Part shown: positions 19,800 to 30,350 of the stretch, piece after piece
Layout of the letters: each line of letters opens with the position of its first letter
Position numbering within the stretch: position 1 is the first letter of the stretch
From: a candidate division FCPU426 bacterium
GTDB taxonomy: Bacteria; Oederibacteriota; Muellerivitia; Muellerivitales; Muellerivitaceae
NCBI GenBank assembly: GCA_963830915.1
Contig: CAWHOE010000064.1
Span: 32,001-96,000, forward strand
DNA length: 64,000 nucleotides
Direction: 5' to 3'
Notes under the pieces: model-generated
The model's input: the letters and a program-made list of their open reading frames with translations, nothing else
What the model was told of the DNA's origin: nothing
Database searches by the model: none
Made by a program: the position numbers and the translations under genes

Positions 19800-21314
19800 T
19801 TAAGGGCCGGAGGGACCGTCGTCCGGCTTGGCGAACAGGACTCCGTTCATCTGGACACAGTGACAGGAAAGCGTGTCCCCCCGCGGTGTGGTGAAATTAA
19901 CCGTATCCCCTTCCGAATGGCCGGAACAAGCTTGAATGGCCTCGGCAGGCGGATGATGCCTCCCTTGCCCCATCTGCCTCGTATTGCCTTTCCCTTCTCC
20001 CTGGTTCGCGCCCAAACCGGAAGGCTCTGCGTTCCCAGCTGAACGAGGTTCGTATCGGCCTGATCGATCCGGTCCCTGCCCCGAAACGACCTTGTCTGTC
20101 CCACCCCTCACGCAGCGGACAAAATTATCGATCCGTATCACGTCCCCCTGAGGGCCCCGGCCATGGGGATAGAGGGACGGATCACCTGATTTGGGATCGC
20201 TTCTCTGGGCTCCGGCCCCATGCACATCCATCAGTTGGTAATTCCCCGAGTCGGGAGGCGTTTGCATGAACCCCAGGGCCCTGCCAAAGGCGATATAAAC
20301 AGCCCCGCCTTCCAGATGGGTGGTGCTCGTCCAGAAAAAAGGAAAATCCACATTTCCGCCCTCGTTCGTGATGGAGGTACAACGAAACAGAGGGTCGATG
20401 GCGGCGGACTGGGTCGTGTCGGGCGACCGGTTATAGTCCACCAGGCTTTGCATCTCCTTGGCGTTGGGAAGCCGCCAGTCCGAGTGGCCCTTGTACTTTT
20501 CATCATTCTTCGCCGCCACCCAGGCCAGCGCCGTTTTCCAGTCCATTCCTTTCCCGCTGTCATCCTGGTCCCAAGTAAGATCGGTGGCGCGGTCTATCAC
20601 CGTGCCGTCGCCGTTGTCGTTCAGATCGTTCTTGCCGTAGCTTGGATTGCCCCGGACATAACGGACGTAATGCGTGCTGGTTTTTCGGTTGGACCTCCGG
20701 GAAGATTTCCCATAGCCCTTGATACGCCCGTCAGCGAAGTTGACCCCAAAGGCCGTGGGGTTCCCGTCCATGGTCGCGCTCACATAAGTGGTCGAGGACC
20801 AATCCTGGCAGTCGATGAGGCGGTTCCCTATCCCTGTCCCCCCTTCCCCATAGGCGAAATCAAAAACCGCCGCGTCCAGATAGGGGAGGGAATCCCCGGC
20901 CGTCCGACCCGAGCGTCCGTTAAAATTGATCAGGGAATAGAGTTCTTTGATGGTAGGCATACGCCAATCGCTGTAGCCCCCGACTCGGCAGGCGGAAGCG
21001 CCGGCGACGGCGTCATCCCAGGTCATCTTTTCACCCCGGGCCTTCACCCACATCAGCCCGGTCACCCGGTCGCTTACGGTCCCGTCGCCGTTATCCTGAT
21101 AAGAGAAGGCATTGCCCTGGTGCTGGGCGTCCTGGCCGTAATAATCCTCCCCGGCCTGGGGACAGGGAATGGATTGACCATCCCCGTAACAATGTTCCTG
21201 CCCTGTGTCCACGATGGGAAAAATTAATTCCTGGGAATAAACCGAAACAACTTCTAACGCCAAAATGAGTAAAATTAAAACAATTCTATTTGTCACGATC
21301 CAAAAAAATCTCAT
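19800..21314 (-). CDS. DUF1566 (Lcl-domain) repeat secreted protein
   Basis: Two DNGDGTVxDxxTxLxW...DWRxPxxKE repeats, signal peptide. Confidence 0.88.
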   Translation of the reverse strand: MRFFWIVTNRIVLILLILALEVVSVYSQELIFPIVDTGQEHCYGDGQSIPCPQAGEDYYGQDAQHQGNAFSYQDNGDGTVSDRVTGLMWVKARGEKMTWDDAVAGASACRVGGYSDWRMPTIKELYSLINFNGRSGRTAGDSLPYLDAAVFDFAYGEGGTGIGNRLIDCQDWSSTTYVSATMDGNPTAFGVNFADGRIKGYGKSSRRSNRKTSTHYVRYVRGNPSYGKNDLNDNGDGTVIDRATDLTWDQDDSGKGMDWKTALAWVAAKNDEKYKGHSDWRLPNAKEMQSLVDYNRSPDTTQSAAIDPLFRCTSITNEGGNVDFPFFWTSTTHLEGGAVYIAFGRALGFMQTPPDSGNYQLMDVHGAGAQRSDPKSGDPSLYPHGRGPQGDVIRIDNFVRCVRGGTDKVVSGQGPDRSGRYEPRSAGNAEPSGLGANQGEGKGNTRQMGQGRHHPPAEAIQACSGHSEGDTVNFTTPRGDTLSCHCVQMNGVLFAKPDDGPSGP

Positions 21315-21517
21315 GTTGTTTCCTTCGTTTAATTTCCTTTCTGTTTTAACCTCGTATTCCCAGCAAAAGTTCGAAGTACATCCTTCTATGATTTTGACTT
21401 AACACAAACCGCACTATTTATGACCGCTTTTAAGGCCTTTTCCCTCTCAACAAGTAAGAGTAGTCCGTTCGTGTATTTGTTATTATATAAGCAATAAATA
21501 CGCATGGGACTTTTCCA

Positions 21518-21885
21518 ATGAAAATACTCATTATTGACGATGAAGAATCCATCGTTAAGATCCTCACCAAATTCCTCGAAAAAGAGGGTCACGAGATCCA
21601 TTCGGCCAACACCGCCGCTGACGGTCTGACGAAGAACGAACTCATCAAGCCCGAGGTCATCCTCCTTGATTTGAACCTTCCCGACATGAACGGCATGGAT
21701 GTGCTGGCCAAGCTGAACAAAGGTTTCGCACCTCCTCTCTCATGATCATCACGGGGGCCGGGACCCCAGATACAGCCCTGAAAAGCATGCAAATGGGCGT
21801 GGAAGATTTCATCCAGAAACCCATCGAATTGAGCCGGTTGAAATATATGTTGGGAAAGATCGCGGACAAACGCAAAGCCAAGTAA
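21518..21885 (+). CDS. Single-domain response regulator receiver, frameshift near 21740
   Basis: MKILIIDDE...LLDLNLPDMNG; continues in another frame MIITGAG...DFIQKP to TAA at 21885. Confidence 0.75.
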
Positions 21886-21927
21886 CTTAGATATTTAGGA
21901 TGAAACAAAAAGCCAAACCATTTCTTT

Positions 21928-22021
21928 GCCACCGATGAACACAAATTAACGCTGATGGCAAAAAACATAATTCTTGGTTTTACAAATATTGAATCTGTGT
22001 TTATCGGTGTTAATCGGTGGC
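21928..22021. repeat. Intergenic inverted-repeat element with 10-nt periodic arms
   Basis: GCCACCGATGAACACAAATTAACGCTGAT ... ATCTGTGTTTATCGGTGTTAATCGGTGGC. Confidence 0.7.
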
Positions 22022-22038
22022 TAAGATAAGGAAGTTGT

Positions 22039-23379
22039 ATGAAAATCCTCATCATTGATGACGAAGAATCCTTGGTCAAGATCCTCAGCAAGGTCCTCCA
22101 ACAAGAGGGCCATGAGGTTTTCCCCGCTTTCACCGCCGCCGAGGGCATCGAGAAGAACCGGCTGGTTGAACCGGACGTTATCCTGCTGGACCTGAATCTA
22201 CCCGACCTGAACGGCATGAAAGCGTTGGAAAAGATCAACGAAGGTTCCAAACCCGCCTCCGTGGTCATCATGACGGGAGCTGGCACGGTGGATTCGGCGG
22301 TCCAGGCCATGCGCCTGGGCGTGGAAGATTACCTGGAAAAACCCGTCAACAACGAAACCCTCAAGCTTTTGATGAAAAGGATCGGCCAAAAACTGGGTCT
22401 CCTGAATCAGATCGAGACACTGAAACGCCACCAACTGGAAATGTACCGCAAGGATTATCTCTTCCTGAACGACCCCGAGATGCGCAAGCTCTACGATGAG
22501 ATCGAGAACGTGGCCCAACAGGATAACTTGAGCGTCTTGATCTTAGGAGAGACAGGAACCGGTAAGGAACATGTAGCCAAGCTGGTCCACGCCTTTTCCG
22601 CCCGGGCCTCCAAACCTTTCGTGGAAGTCCACTGCGGGGCCCTGCCCGAGACCATTCTGGAGTCGGAACTTTTCGGCTACGAGCCAGGCGCTTTCACCGA
22701 CGCGCGAAAACAAAAACCGGGGCTTTTCGAGATGGCCCAGGGCGGAAGTATTTTCCTGGACGAGATCGGGGAATTGTCCCAGGCCGTCCAAACGAAACTT
22801 TTGAAAGTGCTTGAGCAAAAATCCTCCCGTCGGTTGGGCGGGGTGAAGGAAATACCCTTGAACGCCCGGGTCATCACCGCCACCCACAGGAACCTGGACA
22901 AAGAGGTTGAGGAAGGCCGTTTCCGCGCGGACCTTTTTTACCGTTTGAACGTCATCCCCTTGACCATCCCTCCCCTGCGAAGCCGTCCAGAGGATATCGT
23001 CCAACTCTCCAATTTTTTCCTTCAAGAATCTTGCCAGGCATTCAATAAGAAGGTGAGCCTGTTTTCGGAGGATATGCTGAAAGCATTGATGGGTTACACC
23101 TGGCCCGGGAACGTCCGGGAATTGAAGCACGTCATCGAGCGGATGGTGGTCATGTCCAAAGGCGGGGTCTTGACCCTGAAGGACCTTCCCAAGGAAGTGC
23201 GGGAAGCCAAAAGAGTTCCCGCCCCGGCCAAAGGGGTCCAGACCAAATCGGACGCCGAAAAAGAGAACATCAAAAAAGCCCTGGCCCAGACCAACGATAA
23301 CCGGTCCAACGCCGCTAAACTATTGGGCATCACCCGCAAAACACTCTTCAACAAGATCAAAAAATACGGCCTAGAATAA
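22039..23379 (+). CDS. NtrC/AtoC-family sigma54-dependent response regulator
   Basis: REC, GETGTGKE, GAFTDA, WPGNVREL, Fis-type HTH. Confidence 0.95.
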   Translation: MKILIIDDEESLVKILSKVLQQEGHEVFPAFTAAEGIEKNRLVEPDVILLDLNLPDLNGMKALEKINEGSKPASVVIMTGAGTVDSAVQAMRLGVEDYLEKPVNNETLKLLMKRIGQKLGLLNQIETLKRHQLEMYRKDYLFLNDPEMRKLYDEIENVAQQDNLSVLILGETGTGKEHVAKLVHAFSARASKPFVEVHCGALPETILESELFGYEPGAFTDARKQKPGLFEMAQGGSIFLDEIGELSQAVQTKLLKVLEQKSSRRLGGVKEIPLNARVITATHRNLDKEVEEGRFRADLFYRLNVIPLTIPPLRSRPEDIVQLSNFFLQESCQAFNKKVSLFSEDMLKALMGYTWPGNVRELKHVIERMVVMSKGGVLTLKDLPKEVREAKRVPAPAKGVQTKSDAEKENIKKALAQTNDNRSNAAKLLGITRKTLFNKIKKYGLE

Positions 23380-23394
23380 CAACGGAAAATTTTT

Positions 23395-23510
23395 AACCAC
23401 CAAGGGCACCAAGGACACTAAGAACGACAAACTGCCTTAGTTTTATAACAAAATCCCTACTTAGTTTTTGTTGTTGAAAACGGGGCTTTTTAGATGTTCT
23501 TAGTTTCCTT
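23395..23510. repeat. Truncated inverted-repeat element related to 41242-41408
   Basis: AACCACCAAGGGCACCAAGGACACTAAGAAC ... GTTCTTAGTTTCCTT. Confidence 0.55.
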
Positions 23511-23595
23511 ATTACCCAATGGGAAATTATTGCTGACCCCTCCCTGACGTTCCTTCACAAAACGAGCCTTTTTCCCTTCATTCCCCCGTCCTTGA

Positions 23596-23612
23596 CTGGC
23601 ATCCCTTATGCT
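23596..23612 (+). promoter_or_regulatory. Putative sigma54 promoter
   Basis: CTGGCATCCCTTATGCT (GG-N10-GC), followed by AGGAGA RBS and GTG at 23655. Confidence 0.6.
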
Positions 23613-23654
23613 TTACTTATTCCTGAACGTAGTAAAGAACAGGAGACTTCGACC

Positions 23655-24128
23655 GTGAACTTCAATTCCCCAGAACTTGGGACTAATCCACCCACATCCT
23701 CATTTGTCCCCCATTCCACCGATATCATCGGTCTTTTCGAGGCTTTCGCCCGCTATTGGGATGGCGTTGAGTCCGACTGCCTGGGGGAAGCCAATGAGGA
23801 GGAAACCGCGTTAGAATTGGCCGTGCTATGGAAGGGCTCTTTGAAGGGCGTCTTGATGATCCGTTGTTGCCGTAACTTTTTTCGGTGGATGAAAGTGAAC
23901 CATCTGGGCATGGGACTTCTTGAGAACCTGACCACCCTCTATAGCGTTTATCCCATCCACCACGATTGGTCATTCGAGAAATTCAGCCTGGGGCCCCTGT
24001 TGAAACAACCTTCCGGTCCGGAAGACTGGCCTACCCAGGAACCGGACGTTATTTGCCGCCTGCGGGCCGGCGGTTTCACGCCCGAAATCCGCCTCTGGAT
24101 GGATATCAAAACGCCCCTCGCCGCTTGA
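23655..24128 (+). CDS. Hypothetical protein, possibly CheX-like
   Basis: In-frame GTG after AGGAGA; AVLWKGSLKGVLMI resembles the CheX beta-strand motif; weak. Confidence 0.5.
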   Translation: MNFNSPELGTNPPTSSFVPHSTDIIGLFEAFARYWDGVESDCLGEANEEETALELAVLWKGSLKGVLMIRCCRNFFRWMKVNHLGMGLLENLTTLYSVYPIHHDWSFEKFSLGPLLKQPSGPEDWPTQEPDVICRLRAGGFTPEIRLWMDIKTPLAA

Positions 24129-24143
24129 AACAACCCTAAATCA

Positions 24144-24303
24144 ACCACCGATTAACACAGATGAACACAGATATGATTTAAAAAATCATCCCCGTTGAAA
24201 TAAAAGAAACTCAGAGTATCAACAAGGCTAAAAGGTTTTTGTTTTTTTGGGGGGAGAATATTTTAGGTGTTTCCATCCGTGTTAATCTGTGTCCATCTGT
24301 GGT
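24144..24303. repeat. Intergenic inverted-repeat element with 10-nt periodic arms
   Basis: ACCACCGATTAACACAGATGAACACAGAT ... ATCCGTGTTAATCTGTGTCCATCTGTGGT. Confidence 0.75.
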
Positions 24304-24333
24304 GAAAAATTGATTTTGTTTTGATGTTGGTAT

Positions 24334-27300
24334 TCACCTCTCGTCGAGAAGTTCCCTGATCTTCCGGACCAATTCTTCCAACTCAAAGGGCTTTTGGAGC
24401 AGATGGATGCCCGAGTGGATCATTCCCTTATCTGAAAGGACTCCCCTGGAATAACCGGACGTGAATAGCACCTTGATATCCGGGCGGTTGCGGGCGATCT
24501 CCTCGGCCAGGTCCCTTCCGTTCATCCGAGGCATCACCGTATCGGTCAAAAGAAAATGAATGGTGTCAGGGTATTCCCAGGCCTTCTTGACCGCTTCCAG
24601 TCCGTCGGCCGCGTCCAAAACTTTATAGCCGTATTTCTCCAGGTTCCTGACCAACAGTTTCCGGAGTGGTTCCTCATCCTCCGCCAATAGGATCGTTTCT
24701 GACCCATGAAGATTCCCCACCGCCGGTTTGGCCTGGGCCGAAACAGCCGCGCCCACGGTCAAGGCCGGGAAATAAACGCTCACAGTGGTTCCCATCCCTA
24801 AGGAACTCTCAACGAAAATATGACCGCTCCATTTCTGGACGATGCCATAAACGCTGGCCAGCCCCAAGCCCGTTCCCTTCGCCCCTTTGGTGGTGAAGAA
24901 GGGTTCGAACATCTTTTGCTGGACCTCCGGACTCATCCCGATGCCCGCGTCCTTTACCCTTAACTTCACATAGGAACCAGGCGGTATGGAGGGGCGACGT
25001 TCCATTTTTAAGGCTTTTTGGTCAAGACTTCTGGTCTCGATCAAAAGCTCCCCGCCCTGGGGCATGGCGTCCCTGGAATTCAACGCCAGGTTCAGGATGA
25101 CCTGTTGGATCTGGCCCGCGTCGGCGAGTATCCATGGAAGTTTTTCCTGGGTCCTCATCGTCAGGCGGATCGTCGCGTCCATAAGCCGTTGGAGCATCTT
25201 CCCGATTTCCCCGCACAACTCGTTCAAATTGACCGGGGTCGCCTGGAAAACATCCTTGTGACCGAACACCAAGAGCTGTTTGGTCAGGTCGCTTCCCCGC
25301 TTGGTGGCTTTTTGGATCTCTTCCAATTCTTCCCGGCCTGGTCCATCAGGGGCCAAACCTGAAAGCAGGAATTCCGCGTTCCCACCGATCACGCTCAAAA
25401 GGTTGTTGAAATCGTGAGCGACCCCTCCCGCCAATCGTCCTACAGCCTCCATCTTTTGGGCCAGTTTGTTCTGCTCCTCCAGGTTCTTCAGGGCGTTCTC
25501 GGCTTTCTTTTGCTCGCTGATATCCCGAACGATGGCCGAGATGGCCGCCACCTTTCCGGTTTCATCCTTGAAGGGGGAAATGGTGATGGATACATCCACC
25601 AAACTTCCATCCTTTCGGCGCCTCTGGGTCTCGAAATTGCTGATCACTTTCCCATGCCCCGCCATCTCAATAAGATGGCGGATTTCCTCTTCCTTTCCTT
25701 CGGGCGCTAAAAAAGTCACCTTTTGACCTCGCGCTTCAGCGACTGAATAACCGAACATCTTCTCAGCGCCCTTATTCCAATGGAGGATGACCCCGCTCAG
25801 GTCGTTGTTGATGATGGCGTCCTGAGTGTTGTTGAGGATGTCGGTCAAACGCTCCTGCGCTTCCCGCGCTTTTTTCATCTCGGTGACATCACGCGTCATG
25901 ACTGTCAGGCTTTTGATGATTCCATTCGGTTCTTTCAAGGTCGATATGTTGATCGAGGCGTCGAACCAATCGCCATCTTTTCTTTGGCGTTTTGTCTCGA
26001 AATTCAGGACGATCCCGTCTCTTCGGACCATTCGGATCAATTCATCGATCTCGTCTTTCAGGTTTTCAGGCTGGAAATCTTTCATGGATTTCCCGATTAT
26101 TTCATCCGCGGTGTATCCATACATGTTCTCGGCGCCCTTATTCCAACTCAGTATCTTTCCGGCCCTGTCACTACTGATGACCGCGTCAGGCGTATTCTCG
26201 AGGATCTCGGCCAAACGTTCCTTTATTTCCATGGCTTTCTTTTGCTCAGTAATATCCTCCATCATCCCAAAAGCCAGTGGAGGCGCGCCATCCGCGGTGT
26301 TCAGCTTCGTTACCACCATGTGACCCCAGAACCACTCCCCGTTCCTGCGCCGGTAACGCCTTTCAATCTCGTAGAACCGGGTTTCTCCCCTGAACATTTT
26401 CTCGAGATTTTCCCTCGCTTCCGGGAGGTCTTCCGGCGGGATGAAATCCATATAGGAAACTCCGATCAATTCCTCCGCTTCATAGCCGAGCATCTGACAG
26501 TACTTCGGGTTGATCATCAACACTTTGGCGTCGCTGGTCACCAGGCCCATACCGATGGGGCTTTCCTCAAAGATCTTCTTGAACCGGGACTGGCTTTCCT
26601 CCAAGGCCCTGGCCGCCTCCAGCCTCTCGGTGATATCACGGAAATTCATGATCAAGGCCCGGGAGGGCGGGTTGGCGAACTCATGGGTTCGAACGGACAG
26701 CTCCATCTGTCGCCAGCTCCCGTTCTTATGGCGGGCTCGGACCTCGATCCTGTCGCTTGATCCAGGTTCGCGCATGATCCTCTCGAATTGTTCCATGACC
26801 CTCGGAAAATCGTCCGGATGGAGGAGCTCAAAGGTGTTGGCCCCGATCCTTTCATCGGGTGAGAAACCCAGGATCCGATATACGGACGGGCTGGTATAAC
26901 GGACCCTTCCGTCGGTCTCGATGACCGCCAAACCCTCCAGATTGTTCTCGATGACCGCCCGGAAGAAATCCTCGCTTTGGCGCAAGGTATCCTGGGCTTT
27001 TTTACGTTCCATCGCGTAGCGGATCGCCCGTTCCAGCCGGTCCGGGTCCAGTTTGGCCTTATGAAGGAAGTCGGCGGCGCCCTGTTTCATGGCTTCCATA
27101 TCCACCTGGTGGTCGCCTTGTCCCGTCAGGAAAATAACGGGGGTCTTATAACCTTTTTTGTTCGATTCGCTCAAGAATTCCAGGCCCGTCTTTCCCTGAA
27201 GACGGAAATCCAAAAGGCAAACATCATAGTTACCCAGGCCAAGCTTTATCATGGCCCCGTCGTAGTTCAAGACATGGTCCATCTCACAGGAAAAGTTCGG

Positions 27301-27384
27301 GGATGCCTCCAGCATTTTCCGAAGGATAAGAAAATCGTCCGGGTCATCCTCGACGACGAGCAATCGGATCTTAGGTTCAGCCAT
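24334..27384 (-). CDS. Hybrid sensor histidine kinase (REC-4xPAS-HisKA-HATPase-REC)
   Basis: AGGVAHDFNNLL H-box, PFFTTK/GTGLGL, receivers at both ends; start MAEPK. Confidence 0.95.
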   Translation of the reverse strand: MAEPKIRLLVVEDDPDDFLILRKMLEASPNFSCEMDHVLNYDGAMIKLGLGNYDVCLLDFRLQGKTGLEFLSESNKKGYKTPVIFLTGQGDHQVDMEAMKQGAADFLHKAKLDPDRLERAIRYAMERKKAQDTLRQSEDFFRAVIENNLEGLAVIETDGRVRYTSPSVYRILGFSPDERIGANTFELLHPDDFPRVMEQFERIMREPGSSDRIEVRARHKNGSWRQMELSVRTHEFANPPSRALIMNFRDITERLEAARALEESQSRFKKIFEESPIGMGLVTSDAKVLMINPKYCQMLGYEAEELIGVSYMDFIPPEDLPEARENLEKMFRGETRFYEIERRYRRRNGEWFWGHMVVTKLNTADGAPPLAFGMMEDITEQKKAMEIKERLAEILENTPDAVISSDRAGKILSWNKGAENMYGYTADEIIGKSMKDFQPENLKDEIDELIRMVRRDGIVLNFETKRQRKDGDWFDASINISTLKEPNGIIKSLTVMTRDVTEMKKAREAQERLTDILNNTQDAIINNDLSGVILHWNKGAEKMFGYSVAEARGQKVTFLAPEGKEEEIRHLIEMAGHGKVISNFETQRRRKDGSLVDVSITISPFKDETGKVAAISAIVRDISEQKKAENALKNLEEQNKLAQKMEAVGRLAGGVAHDFNNLLSVIGGNAEFLLSGLAPDGPGREELEEIQKATKRGSDLTKQLLVFGHKDVFQATPVNLNELCGEIGKMLQRLMDATIRLTMRTQEKLPWILADAGQIQQVILNLALNSRDAMPQGGELLIETRSLDQKALKMERRPSIPPGSYVKLRVKDAGIGMSPEVQQKMFEPFFTTKGAKGTGLGLASVYGIVQKWSGHIFVESSLGMGTTVSVYFPALTVGAAVSAQAKPAVGNLHGSETILLAEDEEPLRKLLVRNLEKYGYKVLDAADGLEAVKKAWEYPDTIHFLLTDTVMPRMNGRDLAEEIARNRPDIKVLFTSGYSRGVLSDKGMIHSGIHLLQKPFELEELVRKIRELLDER

Positions 27385-27398
27385 TTTCCCCTCCTTCT

Positions 27399-27845
27399 CT
27401 AGCCGGGCAACTCGACCGTTTCCAGCCAATAACGTTGTAGATCGGTCGCCATTTTGGTTAGCCCTTCGAAATTCTCAGGTTTGGTGATGAAAGAATTAGC
27501 CCCCTGGTCGTAGCTTTTCAAGACGTCCTCCTGGGCCTTGGAGGTCGTCAAAATGATCACCGGTATATTCCTGACAGATGGATCGGTCTTGATCATGGCC
27601 AAAACTTCCCGGCCCCCCATCTTGGGCATATTCAAATCCAAGAGGATGAGACAGGGCCGGGGAGAATCCAATGGATCGGAATATTTCCCTTTTCTCCCCA
27701 GGTAATCCAACAGCTCCTCGCCGTCGAAAAACGAGCGGACAGGCCTAGACACTTTTATCTTTTTGAAGGCTTTTTCTATCATCTCTTGGTCATCCCGGTC
27801 ATCATCCACGACCAGGATGGGTGGGTTCTTGAACTCTTGGCTCAT
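27399..27845 (-). CDS. Single-domain response regulator (Rcp1-like)
   Basis: LILLDLNMPKMGG, ILTTS, GANSFITKP; start MSQEF. Confidence 0.92.
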   Translation of the reverse strand: MSQEFKNPPILVVDDDRDDQEMIEKAFKKIKVSRPVRSFFDGEELLDYLGRKGKYSDPLDSPRPCLILLDLNMPKMGGREVLAMIKTDPSVRNIPVIILTTSKAQEDVLKSYDQGANSFITKPENFEGLTKMATDLQRYWLETVELPG

Positions 27846-30019
27846 GCTTTCTCCCCTCTTGGCGCTTGTTTCAAAGGCAACGTGATCGAGAAAACGCAGC
27901 CGTTCCCCGGTCTCCCCTCGGCGGTGATGGTCCCCCCATGCCGTTCGACGACCTTTCGGCAAATAGCCAAACCGATGCCCGTTCCCTGGTATTCGTCCCG
28001 GCCATGGAGCCTTTCGAAGACCTTGAATATCTGGTCCTTGTATTGGTTGTCAAAACCGATGCCGTTGTCCTCGATCGATATTCGACACAAATCCCGCGTG
28101 GACGGATCCATGATACGAGCCTTGATCTTGATAAGGGGGTTGACATCCGCTCGGCGGAATTTAAGCGCGTTGCCTAAGAGATTCTGGAAAAGCTGTCTCA
28201 TCTGGGTCGGGTCCGCTTCCAGGACAGGAAGGGGATCCAGATCGACGGTCGCGCCGCATTCCTGGATCCTGGTCTCCATATCGGAGAGGACCTCCCGAAT
28301 GCTCTGGTTCAGGTCCGTCATGACGAATGGCCGGGCTTTCGAGGTGACCCGGGTCAGATCCAACAGGTCGGTGATCAAGGTTTGCATCCGATGGGCGGCG
28401 TTCTGCATCCGGTCGATATAACCCGCGCCTTCCTCGCCCAGTTTTTCCGCGTAACCGTCTTTTAGTAATGCCCCAAAGGACAGGACCTTGCGGAGGGGTT
28501 CCTGAAGGTCATGGGAAGCCACGAAGGTGAAATCCTGCATTTCTTGGTTGCTGGCCTCCAATGCCTTGTTCCGGATCCGGATCTCTTCATCTTTCTTCTT
28601 TTGGGTGACATCCCGGAAAACGACGATGCCACCCATTAAATTCCCCTTAGAATCCCTAAGTGGACGGCCCAGGACGCTGATCGTGATCCCATCCGGGTTT
28701 TTTTCGTTCCGGATGATCTGTTCCATATCGTCTGTATTCTCGCCATGGACAGCCCGCCAGGTGGCCATTTTTTCCTTCGGGTATGGCGTAACACCGTCCA
28801 TCTCAAAAATACCATATTCTTTTTGCCACTGGTCAGGGGTTCCCCCTCTCACATCGCCCAGTATTTCCTCGGCTTTTTTGTTGATAACGACCAAATTGCC
28901 TTGTTCATCGGAGACATGGACCCCCTCGCCCATGTTATCCAGGATGGAAAACAAGGTAATATCTTTTTGTTCCAGAGCCTGTTCCGCATTCATAACCGCG
29001 GTCATGTCCTTGGTGATCTTCACGAACCCCCGTGTTTTCCCTTGGTCATCCTTAAGGCTTGTCAAGACACAATCGACTTGAAGCCGGGTCCCATCCTTTC
29101 GGACCCGCCAACCCCGGTCCTCGACCCGGCCGTCCTGATCCGCCAGTCCCAAAAGACGCTGGGGTTTATTATCGGCGATGTCCTCAGAGGTAAAGAAAAG
29201 CCTGAAGTTCTTGCCGATGATCTCGGAGGCTTGATAGCCTTTGATTTTTTCCGCTCCCTTATTCCAGCTCATGACATTCCCCTGGGGGTCCAGCAAGTAA
29301 ATGGCGTAATCCTTGACCGCGTTCACGAATTTGCTGAAATTTTCCTCGCTTTCCACGAAGGATTGTTCGGCCCTCTTTCGCTCGCCGACTTCTTTTTTGT
29401 AAAAGAAAAACACGCCCAGGAAAAGGATCAAGACCACGGAAAAACGCAGGATGATCACGCCAACAAATGAACGATACGTTTCTTTTAGCTTTGATTGCTC
29501 CGAATCCAGCAGGACCGTTTCATCCCTCAATAGACCGTCCAGCAATGTCCTCATTTCGACTTTTTCATGGGCCCCCAACCCAGACCGGACCACCCGAAGG
29601 GCGCGAGCTTCTTTTCCCACTTTGTTCAACTTGAGCGATTCATCCAACTCAACCAACCGGTTTTGGACGAATCCCTCAAGTGTAGATATCTTGTTCTCCA
29701 TTTCGGGGGTAAGATCGGTCAGTCCATGGATGGCCCGGAACTTGACGCCGATATCGGATTTGGCCTTCACGCCGTCGTTCAAAAGATCCCGTCTGCCTGT
29801 GAGAAGATATCCCAGCTGTCCATTTTCGATGTCCTGCAAGTCGGACAATATCCCTTGGAATATCTCGATCGAGCGATGGGTTTGATCGACCTGGCGCACC
29901 AAACCCGATACTCCGTTAAAACTATGGTAGGAAATTCCACCGATGAGGAAGAGAGTGGCGAGTACGATCGTGAACCCGACATAAACGTTAAGGAGGATGG
30001 ATGTAGGTTTGGAACTCAT
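27842..30019 (-). CDS. CHASE3-PAS-PAS sensor histidine kinase
   Basis: Two TM helices flanking CHASE3 (ENGQLGYLLTG), ASHDLQEPLR H-box, GTGIGLAIC. Confidence 0.93.
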   Translation of the reverse strand: MSSKPTSILLNVYVGFTIVLATLFLIGGISYHSFNGVSGLVRQVDQTHRSIEIFQGILSDLQDIENGQLGYLLTGRRDLLNDGVKAKSDIGVKFRAIHGLTDLTPEMENKISTLEGFVQNRLVELDESLKLNKVGKEARALRVVRSGLGAHEKVEMRTLLDGLLRDETVLLDSEQSKLKETYRSFVGVIILRFSVVLILFLGVFFFYKKEVGERKRAEQSFVESEENFSKFVNAVKDYAIYLLDPQGNVMSWNKGAEKIKGYQASEIIGKNFRLFFTSEDIADNKPQRLLGLADQDGRVEDRGWRVRKDGTRLQVDCVLTSLKDDQGKTRGFVKITKDMTAVMNAEQALEQKDITLFSILDNMGEGVHVSDEQGNLVVINKKAEEILGDVRGGTPDQWQKEYGIFEMDGVTPYPKEKMATWRAVHGENTDDMEQIIRNEKNPDGITISVLGRPLRDSKGNLMGGIVVFRDVTQKKKDEEIRIRNKALEASNQEMQDFTFVASHDLQEPLRKVLSFGALLKDGYAEKLGEEGAGYIDRMQNAAHRMQTLITDLLDLTRVTSKARPFVMTDLNQSIREVLSDMETRIQECGATVDLDPLPVLEADPTQMRQLFQNLLGNALKFRRADVNPLIKIKARIMDPSTRDLCRISIEDNGIGFDNQYKDQIFKVFERLHGRDEYQGTGIGLAICRKVVERHGGTITAEGRPGNGCVFSITLPLKQAPRGEKA

Positions 30020-30350
30020 CGAACTTTCCTTTGCGAAGGATGGGTAATGGATGTTCGTTGGTTGAGCTTTCTTTATTATAAAATATTTGCGACATTAACT
30101 GTGCGGTATCAGGACCAACCCGGCCGAATTGTTCGATCCTGGGTAAAATTTACCCAATTTCAAAAAGCAAAACATAATTAAAGGTTTTGGGGCCGGCGTA
30201 AAAAGGACAATAAATCAGCGTTTTCTGAAATGTCGGTTTGCACGCCCCCATTGGGTTTCCCGAAGGAAACATAAAAAAGGACCCTGGAAAGAATTCCCCC
30301 CTCCTTTTTACCACCGTCATTCCGTAACAATAAGGAAAGGGAGGACGACC

